DNA from: Coprobacillaceae bacterium
Lineage (GTDB): Bacteria > Bacillota_I > Bacilli_A > Erysipelotrichales > Coprobacillaceae
Direction: 5' to 3'
NCBI GenBank assembly: GCA_963675915.1
Contig: OY780959.1
Coordinates: forward strand, 1,440,001-1,472,000
DNA length: 32,000 nt
The notes below the pieces were generated by a model. That model was not told where the DNA came from and ran no database searches. It worked only from the letters and a program-made list of their open reading frames with translations. Both the position numbers and the translations under genes were made by a program. Shown here in pieces: positions 21,047 to 28,559 of the stretch (positions are counted from its first letter, which is position 1; every line of letters begins with the position of its first letter).

Positions 21047-21077
21047 AATGAAAAGATAACAATGTTATCTTTTCATT
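21047..21077 (-). terminator. Long perfect hairpin between the GH78 and esterase genes (partial terminator or processing/stability element)
   Basis: AATGAAAAGATAACA / TGTTATCTTTTCATT forms a 13-15 bp stem. The minus-strand tail is UUCCCC, so the U-tract is poor. Confidence 0.45.
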
Positions 21078-21082
21078 CAGTT

Positions 21083-23350
21083 TTAGTTTTCTTTTATTTC
21101 GAAAGTGTAGTGATTTTCATTTTGAGACTCACTCAAAACCTCATAATTATCTGCAAAAGAGATTTGATAATCTTTCAAACCTTCAGGCAATTCCAGTTCA
21201 TAAGTGACCTTGTCATTTGCCCGATACCATGAAACTTCGATAGCTCCCTGGTTTGATTGGTAAGAACAGTTGAATTTATTCATATTTTTGGAGAAATAGG
21301 GACTAAAGCTCAACTTGTTTGATCCAATTGCATCATCTTCAACCCGGATTCCCGCCAGTCCCTGGTAATACCATTGGACATAACTTGAGAACATCGCATG
21401 ATTATAAGATGAGTATTTGTTGAAGAACTGTTCTTCCAGAATCTTGCTGCCTTTGGCCAGCATGAATTTGAATGAAGGTTGTTCTTCCTTGTTCAACCAG
21501 GCATCAATGATATCATCATAGTGATACTTGTTCAAGGCATCATAAATGAATGACATTCCAAAGATTCCTGAGTTCAGGACATAATCATCTGCAGCGATGC
21601 GATTAGCCAGTTGTTTTACCAGCAGCTTTGTGTCGCCAAGTCCGGATTCAATTGCGAAAGCATATCCGGTATGGGTCTTGTCGCCAAATGACATGTCATC
21701 ATTTTGGAAATTGGCAGTAATTTCCGCTTTGATTTCATTATATTTGTCCAGGTATTTGTCTTCCTGACAAGCAAGATATCCTTGGATTTTAAGCAGATAT
21801 TCCACAAACAGGAGAATTGTACAATATCCTGTGAACACTTTGTCCGGTGTCGATGTTTTGAAGTTTCCGGCAGTCAGAATACTTCCGTGATCGCCCAGAC
21901 AGTGGTTAGCCAAAGTCGCCAGGTCGAATGTCAGCAGATAATCAACCAGTTTCTTGACATAAGGATATTCGGTTTTCACTGCTTCCAAGTCACCGTAATA
22001 TTGGTAATTCTTGACAACCAGGAATGGGTAGACAAATTGCCATAACAATGGTCCTTCACCGTAGGCAGTTCCATTCGATCCGATTCCCATAAAAGGAGCG
22101 GTTTCCGGAACTCCGCCGTTTTCAGTTTGTTCAATTCTGAAATCGACGATTGTTTTTTGATACATTGTTTTGACATCAAATACAAACAGATTTGATTGGG
22201 CCAAGGCAACGATGTCGCCACCGTATGCCAGTCTCTCTCTGGCGCAATCTTCAAAAACACCGTGAATGTTGTTAAGTTTGGTTCTGATGGCTGCGTCATA
22301 CAATTCGTTGTAGAATTCATTGTCACAGTCCACCCGTCCAGTGAATTCCAAATCGGTATGGACATAGATTGCTTCCACATCAACCAGATCTTCCTTGGTG
22401 ATTCCTTTAATCAAGGCATATCTGAATGAATGGTAAGTGAACTTATTGATAAATTCGTTCACGCCTTCTTGACAGATGATCCGATCGGTCTGGATTGCCT
22501 TTTCCGGAGCTCCAGGACCACCGGTGACATGATGATTTTCAATAACCATTCCCACGCTTCCGGCATAACTAGATTCGAATTCAAGTTTTCCGTCAACTTG
22601 ATACTCACTGTAAGTAATGACCACTTCATCACCTTTTTTGGCTTTGAACTTGATATTGATATAACCGGAAATCATCTCATGAAAATCGATTTGGATTCCC
22701 TCGTCATTTTCCATGAAAGTATATTCACTGACACGGTTGCATTGTTTTGTTTTTGGGATAAAGCTAGGTAAATAATTTCTGCGATCAGCAACAGTCAAGA
22801 CCGGTTTCAATTCTTCATCATGATAGGTCAGGTCTGCTGTTTCTCCAAGATAGAGGTTGTTGAACAGGAGATTCCCGTTGACCCAGTTCCATGATTTGTC
22901 TGAAGAAAGAATGATCTTGTCATCGACAGCGATATCACAGATGACTTTTGGAGTACCGACTTCCGCTAATTTTTCGCGAAGGTTGTACTTGCCAAACAGT
23001 TTCAATGGTGATGGATTATACATTCCATTACCCAGTTCAATTTCAAGATAATTTATTCCGTCATTGAGGTAATTGGAAATGTCATACTCATCATAGTAGA
23101 CAATTTTTTGATAGTTGGTCCAGTCGGAATTGAGTTCATCTTCTCCCACTCTATGGCCGTTTAAAGTTACGATGTAGTAACCAAGTGAAGCGACATAGAT
23201 GCTGGCTTTTTCAAAATTGTCGACAGTAAATTCTTTTTTAAGGATGGTATTATGATCATTCTGGTAGTAATTCGCATCACCTTCACCATAATCATATTCT
23301 TTTGCAAAAATCCATTCTCCTCGAAATAAACTATCTTTACTTAAACTCAT
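21083..23350 (-). CDS. GH78 alpha-L-rhamnosidase, cytoplasmic (no signal peptide)
   Basis: 755-aa ORF. The N-domain pattern is YIVTLNGHRVGEDELNSDWTNY...LGNGMY. The catalytic (alpha/alpha)6 motifs are EDCARERLAYGGD and HAMFSSYVQWYYQGLAGIRV. Confidence 0.85.
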   Translation of the reverse strand: MSLSKDSLFRGEWIFAKEYDYGEGDANYYQNDHNTILKKEFTVDNFEKASIYVASLGYYIVTLNGHRVGEDELNSDWTNYQKIVYYDEYDISNYLNDGINYLEIELGNGMYNPSPLKLFGKYNLREKLAEVGTPKVICDIAVDDKIILSSDKSWNWVNGNLLFNNLYLGETADLTYHDEELKPVLTVADRRNYLPSFIPKTKQCNRVSEYTFMENDEGIQIDFHEMISGYINIKFKAKKGDEVVITYSEYQVDGKLEFESSYAGSVGMVIENHHVTGGPGAPEKAIQTDRIICQEGVNEFINKFTYHSFRYALIKGITKEDLVDVEAIYVHTDLEFTGRVDCDNEFYNELYDAAIRTKLNNIHGVFEDCARERLAYGGDIVALAQSNLFVFDVKTMYQKTIVDFRIEQTENGGVPETAPFMGIGSNGTAYGEGPLLWQFVYPFLVVKNYQYYGDLEAVKTEYPYVKKLVDYLLTFDLATLANHCLGDHGSILTAGNFKTSTPDKVFTGYCTILLFVEYLLKIQGYLACQEDKYLDKYNEIKAEITANFQNDDMSFGDKTHTGYAFAIESGLGDTKLLVKQLANRIAADDYVLNSGIFGMSFIYDALNKYHYDDIIDAWLNKEEQPSFKFMLAKGSKILEEQFFNKYSSYNHAMFSSYVQWYYQGLAGIRVEDDAIGSNKLSFSPYFSKNMNKFNCSYQSNQGAIEVSWYRANDKVTYELELPEGLKDYQISFADNYEVLSESQNENHYTFEIKEN

Positions 23351-23376
23351 GATATCAAATAATCAAAAGAAGAAGA

Positions 23377-24696
23377 CTAAGCTTCTTCAGTTGATAATTC
23401 CCCTTCCACTGGTGCTTCACCAGCTTCTTCTTTAATTAATTTTTTGTCTTCTACTTTGATGAATGGAATCCAGATGATTGTTGCTACTGCAATCAATGCC
23501 AACTGCAATGCTCCACCCATGATGCTTCCAGTTACCAGATAACCACTGATTACTGGTGGTGTTGTCCAAGGCAATTGAACCAAACCAGTAGGGATTGGTA
23601 CGATTCCTGAAAGGAATGCCAAGTAAGCCAAGATTGCTGAAATTGCACAAGTGAATACAAATGGGATGAAGAATGTAACGTTAAGCATTAATGGGATACC
23701 GAATAATGCAGGTTCACCGATGTTGAATAAGTAAGGAACCCCAGCGATTTTACCCATTTCACGGTAACGTTTAGATCTTGAAACAATGATCAATGCAACT
23801 ACCGAACCTACGATACCGATACCGGCAAAGTGAGTGAAGAAAGACATTGAAATGATGTTTGGAATTGGTTGACCAGCGATTGAAGCTGCTTTATTGGCAT
23901 CTTCCAATACTTGGAATACTGGAGTCATAACTCCTGATACGATAGATCCACCATGGATCCCGAAGAACCATAATAATTGTTCAATAAGTTTTGCGATTAC
24001 AACACCGAAGATTGATCCACCTAATGCTTTTAATGGTAAACCAAGTACTGTATTGATCAATACTAATGCTGAGCTGTCGAAGAATCCTTCTAAAACGATT
24101 CTTACTAACCAGAAGAACAACACGATAATGAATGAAGGAATGATTGATTCGAATGGTGCTGATACTGCAGGTGGTACCGCAGCAGGCATTTTGATTTTGA
24201 TATTTTTATCATCAATGAATTTGTAAATTCTTGTAGTAATCATTGCTGTTACCATTGCCAAGAACAATGCTTGAGAACCGATTTTAGCAATTTGAAGTGC
24301 TGAACCTACTTCTGTCCCCATTTGTGGAGTTAATAATAAGAATGAAACTACTGAAGTAAGGATAACTGGCATTTCAGGTACTTCCAATTTGGCAGCTAAG
24401 CTTTTTGAAAGTGAAATTGCAACTAATAAACCGCTGACATCAAGAGTTACTCCTGCAACGTATAATAGTTTACCCATCCATACACCGTACTCAACTCCGA
24501 CGATGTTTGTGATAAGGTCAGTGATTGCCTGAATAGGCGGGAATGCGATGATCAAGAAAATTGATGCGATGAATGTGAAAGGCATGTAAGCTAACATACC
24601 ATCACGGATAGCTAAGATATAAGGGTTGTTACTGATTTTACCAGAGAAAATTGCTAATTTCTCTTGAAGTCCCTCAAGGAATGAATTACTGTTCAT
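23377..24696 (-). CDS. PTS EIIC component, lactose/cellobiose (type 3) family; no EIIA or EIIB gene in the window
   Basis: 439-aa polytopic membrane ORF. The N-terminus is typical of the family (LAIFSGKISNNPYILAIRDGMLAYMPFTFIASIF). The SD is AGGAGAG. The codon bias looks like that of a highly expressed gene. Confidence 0.88.
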   Translation of the reverse strand: MNSNSFLEGLQEKLAIFSGKISNNPYILAIRDGMLAYMPFTFIASIFLIIAFPPIQAITDLITNIVGVEYGVWMGKLLYVAGVTLDVSGLLVAISLSKSLAAKLEVPEMPVILTSVVSFLLLTPQMGTEVGSALQIAKIGSQALFLAMVTAMITTRIYKFIDDKNIKIKMPAAVPPAVSAPFESIIPSFIIVLFFWLVRIVLEGFFDSSALVLINTVLGLPLKALGGSIFGVVIAKLIEQLLWFFGIHGGSIVSGVMTPVFQVLEDANKAASIAGQPIPNIISMSFFTHFAGIGIVGSVVALIIVSRSKRYREMGKIAGVPYLFNIGEPALFGIPLMLNVTFFIPFVFTCAISAILAYLAFLSGIVPIPTGLVQLPWTTPPVISGYLVTGSIMGGALQLALIAVATIIWIPFIKVEDKKLIKEEAGEAPVEGELSTEEA

Positions 24697-24773
24697 ATTT
24701 ACTCTCCTAATAATGTATTTGTTGTTGATTCAATCTAATCGTTGTAATACGGGCCTCGTTTGATTACACATTT

Positions 24774-24803
24774 ATTATAACCGGTTTCATTCCACTATCA
24801 CAA
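24774..24803 (-). promoter_or_regulatory. Candidate promoter of the EIIC-GH78-esterase unit
   Basis: The minus strand reads TTGTGA (24803-24798), an 18-nt spacer, then TATAAT (24779-24774). Confidence 0.4.
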
Positions 24804-24820
24804 TATCATAATAAGTTATC

Positions 24821-24849
24821 TTGACTATCATTTTTTGTCTTGCTATGAT
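24821..24849 (+). promoter_or_regulatory. Sigma-A promoter of the second AraC regulator
   Basis: TTGACT (24821-24826), a 17-nt spacer, then TATGAT (24844-24849). Confidence 0.55.
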
Positions 24850-24869
24850 TAAGGTACATGGAGGCAGTT

Positions 24870-25853
24870 ATGAACAAAGAACAACTCAAACTAACCCTGG
24901 CCAGTGATATCACTTACCAGAACAAGACCTACGAAGAGGTCATCGAACACTTTAACCGCAAATTCGAAATAGTCCCTTATAATGGGGATATATTGTATAT
25001 TTTCAACCACGATAGAGAGTTCAAAGGGCATGAACACATCATTGCATTACACCCTCGAGCAGCCACGGTAACCCCGATGCATATCTTCCATTATATCGTG
25101 ATTACTTACGTATATTCAGGCACACTAACAATAAATGTAGATGGCGATACTATCAAATTGCATCAGGGTGACCTGATAATTTTTGATAAACATGTGCCTC
25201 ATATGGTTGAAGAAACAACCGCCGATGACCTGGGAATCAATATTATCCTGGGAGAAAACTACTTTTCGAAGCGATTCATCAACCATCTCCCGACCGATCA
25301 CCTCAAAACCAAATTCATGTACGAGCTGATGAACAACCAAAACAGTCATATCCATTACCTGGTTTGCCGAACTGACAACGACGAGTTGACTCGGGACTGT
25401 ATCGACAACATTCTGTGCGAGCATTTCGATCCCGGTATCTGTTCTGAGGAGCTAATTGACAACTTCATCATGATTCTGGTTACCCAGCTATTTAGAAAGT
25501 TCGAATATGATACCAATCTTGATGTCAAAGAAATGCAGAACAAAGAATTGATGAGGGATATCGTCAACTACATCAATAACAACTTCCATGAAGGCAGCCT
25601 CAAGGAAATGTGTAACACCTTTGGTTATGACCCTTCATATACCAGCAAGTTGATCAAACAACACTTCGGACAGACTTTCAAACAGCTTGTCAACATCGAG
25701 CGAATGAAGAAAGCTTCAATTCTGCTCCACAACAAAACCATTCCCATCTATGAAGTGGCCGAAACGATTGGAATCAACAACCTGACTTCTTTCTACCGCC
25801 GATTCAAAGAATATGCCGGCTGCACTCCCCAGGAGTACCGGGACAAATTCTAA
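24870..25853 (+). CDS. AraC-family transcriptional regulator (cupin plus HTH), divergent from the PTS EIIC gene
   Basis: The ATG at 24870 (MNKEQLK...) lies 6 nt after a GGAGG SD. The cupin reads MHIFHYIVITYVYSG. The C-terminal HTH reads LKEMCNTFGYDPSYTSKLIKQHFG... and IYEVAETIGINNLTSFYRRFKEYAGCTPQEYR. Confidence 0.85.
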   Translation: MNKEQLKLTLASDITYQNKTYEEVIEHFNRKFEIVPYNGDILYIFNHDREFKGHEHIIALHPRAATVTPMHIFHYIVITYVYSGTLTINVDGDTIKLHQGDLIIFDKHVPHMVEETTADDLGINIILGENYFSKRFINHLPTDHLKTKFMYELMNNQNSHIHYLVCRTDNDELTRDCIDNILCEHFDPGICSEELIDNFIMILVTQLFRKFEYDTNLDVKEMQNKELMRDIVNYINNNFHEGSLKEMCNTFGYDPSYTSKLIKQHFGQTFKQLVNIERMKKASILLHNKTIPIYEVAETIGINNLTSFYRRFKEYAGCTPQEYRDKF

Positions 25854-25861
25854 TCTTAAAA

Positions 25862-25905
25862 CAAAAAGCCAAAAATTACTCTAAGTGAGATTTTTGGCTT
25901 TTTTC
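25862..25905. terminator. Bidirectional terminator (the AraC gene and larC converge)
   Basis: AAAAAGCCAAAAAT-loop-ATTTTTGGCTTTTTT. Confidence 0.8.
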
Positions 25906-25914
25906 ATGCTTCAA

Positions 25915-27297
25915 TTAATCAATAACAATTTTGAAGACTTCTTTGATGGGAATACCAGTTTCTTTGGCAATCCGTTTGACATCCTCGAATTCAGGATACT
26001 GATAAATTTCATCTTGATGATATATTTTCTTGATTTTAACTTTTCCCAACGGCGAATCTTCCTCGACGATTTCCCGTTTCAAGACAAACCGGTCCTCATG
26101 ACGGAATCGAATTCCAATTGTCGTGGTTTCCTTGAAAACTATCTCTTTTAAAAGATCAACCTTATCTGGCGGACAAGTAACACTCAAACGGTAGGCCGGG
26201 CGGTTTTTCTTCATGAAGATCGGTGTAAAGAACACGTCCAAAGCCCCACTTTCAAACAGGCGTTCCATAGTATATGACATGATTTCACCGGTGCAGTCAT
26301 CGATATTGGTCTCCATGACCACTACGCCGCGGTCCTGAGCGGCAATATCGCCGTAGACCGCTTTAAGGACATTGGGAATCTTCAGATTCTTGGTCCCACA
26401 ACCCCATCCGATTTTTTTGATATTCATTGCCGGCTGTACCAGGTATTCAGTAGCCAATTCACTGATTATGGCCGCTCCGGTTGGGGTGACCAGCTCGGTA
26501 TCAATATCTATTTGTCTGGTGATTGCATCACTGGCCGCAAATATTTCAGTTGTTGCCGGTACCGGAACTGAAATCATTCCATGGGCACAGTTGATAAATC
26601 CATGACCGTCATTGACAACACTGCTGTAGATGACATCCGGATTCAAATGAGTGACCAGGATTGCGGTCCCGATAATGTCGACAATCGAATCAATTGCCCC
26701 TACTTCATGAAAGTGAACATTTTCAAGACTTTCATTATGAACCTTGCTTTCAGCCATTGCCACTCTCAGGAAAATTCGTTTGGCAAGCTCCTTGGCTTTT
26801 TCATCAATGCCACTGGCATCGATGATTTGATTGACATCATAAAGATTGCGGTGAACATGGCTGTGAGAATGATCATGATGATGATCCTCGTGGCTGTGTT
26901 CATGATGATGGTCTTCATGGCTATGTTCATGATGATGGTCTTCATGGCTATGTTCATGATGATGGTCTTCATGGCTATGTTCATGATGATGGTCTTCATG
27001 GCTATGTTCATGATGATGGTCCTCGTGGCTGTGTTCATGATGATGGTCCTCGTGGCTGTGTTCATGATGATGGTCCTCGTGGCTGTGTTCATGATGATGG
27101 TCAGTGAGATGAACATCAACATAGGTACCGGTTATCCCGTTTTTGATTTCTTTGGATACATGAATATGATATCCATCGACTTTGATTTTCTTAAGTTCCT
27201 CAATCAGATATTCGGGATCATCACACAATTCCATCAGTGCTCCCAAGGTCATATTGCCACTGATTCCGCTGGCACAATCAAAATATAATACTTTCAC
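25915..27297 (-). CDS. larC: LarC, nickel-pincer cofactor biosynthesis nickel insertase (cyclometallase), single uninterrupted ORF with an expanded His-rich tract
   Basis: I prefer the GTG start at 27297, which gives MKVLYFDCASGISGNM..., the canonical LarC N-terminus, preceded by AGGGGGG. The track start is TTG 27318. Family stretches include HFHEVGAIDSIVDIIG and GIRFRHEDRFVL. Confidence 0.88.
   Translation of the reverse strand: MKVLYFDCASGISGNMTLGALMELCDDPEYLIEELKKIKVDGYHIHVSKEIKNGITGTYVDVHLTDHHHEHSHEDHHHEHSHEDHHHEHSHEDHHHEHSHEDHHHEHSHEDHHHEHSHEDHHHEHSHEDHHHEHSHEDHHHDHSHSHVHRNLYDVNQIIDASGIDEKAKELAKRIFLRVAMAESKVHNESLENVHFHEVGAIDSIVDIIGTAILVTHLNPDVIYSSVVNDGHGFINCAHGMISVPVPATTEIFAASDAITRQIDIDTELVTPTGAAIISELATEYLVQPAMNIKKIGWGCGTKNLKIPNVLKAVYGDIAAQDRGVVVMETNIDDCTGEIMSYTMERLFESGALDVFFTPIFMKKNRPAYRLSVTCPPDKVDLLKEIVFKETTTIGIRFRHEDRFVLKREIVEEDSPLGKVKIKKIYHQDEIYQYPEFEDVKRIAKETGIPIKEVFKIVID
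26874..27103 (-). repeat. 27-nt in-frame tandem repeat (8 full units plus a partial unit) encoding (HHHEHSHED)n inside larC
   Basis: Units start at 26874, 26901, 26928, 26955, 26982, 27009, 27036 and 27063, with a partial unit at 27090. There are two sequence subfamilies, read on the plus strand. One is ..GGTCTTCATGGCTATGTT (4 identical copies). The other is ..GGTCCTCGTGGCTGTGTT (3 identical copies plus 1 variant). They differ only at synonymous sites. Confidence 0.95.
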
Positions 27298-28037
27298 TAC
27301 TTTTTCCCCCCTAGACAATTAATCGAATGAGCCATATATCCGGCCCCAAATCCGTTATCAATATTTACAACACTTACTCCGCTGGCGCAACTGTTAAGCA
27401 TCGACAGCAGTGCCGACAAGCCCTGGAAATTGGCACCGTAGCCTACCGAAGTGGGAACAGCGACAACCGGAGCTTCAACCAATCCACTTACCACTGAAGC
27501 CAAAGCCCCTTCCATTCCGGCAATCACCACGATGACACTGGCAGTTTTCAAGTCTTCCAGCCGATTAAGCAGACGGTGCAATCCGGCCACTCCTACATCA
27601 GCTATCTCCACTACATCATTACCCAGGAATTTTGCAGTAACCGCAGCTTCCCGAGCTACCGGCAAATCACTGGTTCCGGCACAAACAACAGCTATTTTCC
27701 CCTTGTTCATTTCCACTGTCATTTGTTGACAAAGCAGTGTCTTGGAAACTGCATCGTACTCGAATTGAGGGAATCTGTCTTTAAGCTTGCGATATTTGGC
27801 AAAGCTTATCCTGGTGGCCATAATGTTGCTCTGACCTCTAGATAACATGTTCTCGATGATTCCTCCGATTTGACTGGCATCCTTGCCCGCACCGTAAATG
27901 ATTTCCGGTGCTCCGGTTCTTTTTTGACGATCGTAGTCAATCACTGCATAGTCAATCGGACTGTCAATCAAAGATTTAGCCTCATCGATGTCCATTTTCC
28001 CTTCTTTGACACTCTCTAATATTTTTAATATATCCAT
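27297..28037 (-). CDS. larB: LarB, pyridinium-3,5-biscarboxylic acid mononucleotide synthase (PurE/AIR-carboxylase-like)
   Basis: 246-aa ORF. The PurE-like core is KIAVVCAGTSDLPVAREA...VIVVIAGMEGALASVVSGL...VVAVPTSVGYG. The SD is AAGGAG. Its TAG stop overlaps the larC GTG (TAGTG). Confidence 0.88.
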   Translation of the reverse strand: MDILKILESVKEGKMDIDEAKSLIDSPIDYAVIDYDRQKRTGAPEIIYGAGKDASQIGGIIENMLSRGQSNIMATRISFAKYRKLKDRFPQFEYDAVSKTLLCQQMTVEMNKGKIAVVCAGTSDLPVAREAAVTAKFLGNDVVEIADVGVAGLHRLLNRLEDLKTASVIVVIAGMEGALASVVSGLVEAPVVAVPTSVGYGANFQGLSALLSMLNSCASGVSVVNIDNGFGAGYMAHSINCLGGKK

Positions 28038-28060
28038 ATCCTTACCGCTCCTTTTCCGGC

Positions 28061-28089
28061 ATTAAAAAATCGAATCCACGTAGTTTCAA
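28061..28089 (-). promoter_or_regulatory. Possible internal promoter ahead of larB-larC
   Basis: The minus strand reads TTGAAA (28089-28084), a 17-nt spacer, then TTTAAT (28066-28061). It sits in the 105-nt gap after the DUF3842-like gene. Confidence 0.35.
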
Positions 28090-28142
28090 ATCAATTTCGC
28101 TTGATTTTTGTTCGTTACTTCATGTATCCGATTTCCCAATAT

Positions 28143-28550
28143 TTATTTGTGATTTTCACTGATCAACTTTGCTAGTTCATCAACGTATTCCTGAATGCTT
28201 TTTGGTGTAACCCCGACTACCGTAGCGCTGCATTTGCTTACCGGGATCAAATATTTGGCCGCTTCACTGGCACTGATTGCCCCAGCCATGGCTGGTGATA
28301 TCTCGCCATACATTGAATTGGCAAAACATAAACCAATCGGTCCGGCAATTATTTGCGCCTTTGAAACATTATAAATGATCGCATTTTCACCAGTGGCAAT
28401 TGCATCCGCTCCGCCTTTTTTGATATTGTTGGTGGCGATGGAATTGGTTCCCACCCCGATTACAAATACGTCATCAATATTCGCTTTGATAGCCTGAACA
28501 ATGCTGCGGCCTATTCCGCCGCCCTGTCCGTCGATTACAACAATTTCCAT
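28143..28550 (-). CDS. DUF3842-like small protein of unknown function, embedded in the lar cluster
   Basis: 135-aa ORF. The N-terminus is MEIVVIDGQGGGIGRSIV. Further stretches are GTNSIATNNIKKGGADAIATGENAI and GEISPAMAGAI. The assignment is by recollection of the family signature and was not searched. The start lies 9 nt after the larE stop, and the SD (TAGGAGA) overlaps that stop codon. Confidence 0.7.
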   Translation of the reverse strand: MEIVVIDGQGGGIGRSIVQAIKANIDDVFVIGVGTNSIATNNIKKGGADAIATGENAIIYNVSKAQIIAGPIGLCFANSMYGEISPAMAGAISASEAAKYLIPVSKCSATVVGVTPKSIQEYVDELAKLISENHK

Positions 28551-28559
28551 TTCATTCTC

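Noticed and set aside
26874-27103. Possibility that the 27-nt periodic repeat is a CRISPR array or a minisatellite outside a gene.
   Set aside because: The units are contiguous with no spacers. They are in frame inside larC, and differences between units are strictly synonymous.
26581-27288. 235-aa plus-strand ORF with repeated MMMVFMAMF, and the minus-frame 118-aa ORF 26766..27122.
   Set aside because: Both are alternative-frame readings of the larC His-codon tandem repeat. The periodicity is inherited from the repeat, and neither has translation signals.
28088-28110. AT-rich hairpin (AAATCAA..TTGATTT) after the DUF3842-like gene as a terminator.
   Set aside because: The stem is a weak 7-bp A/T stem with no U-tract on the coding (minus) strand.
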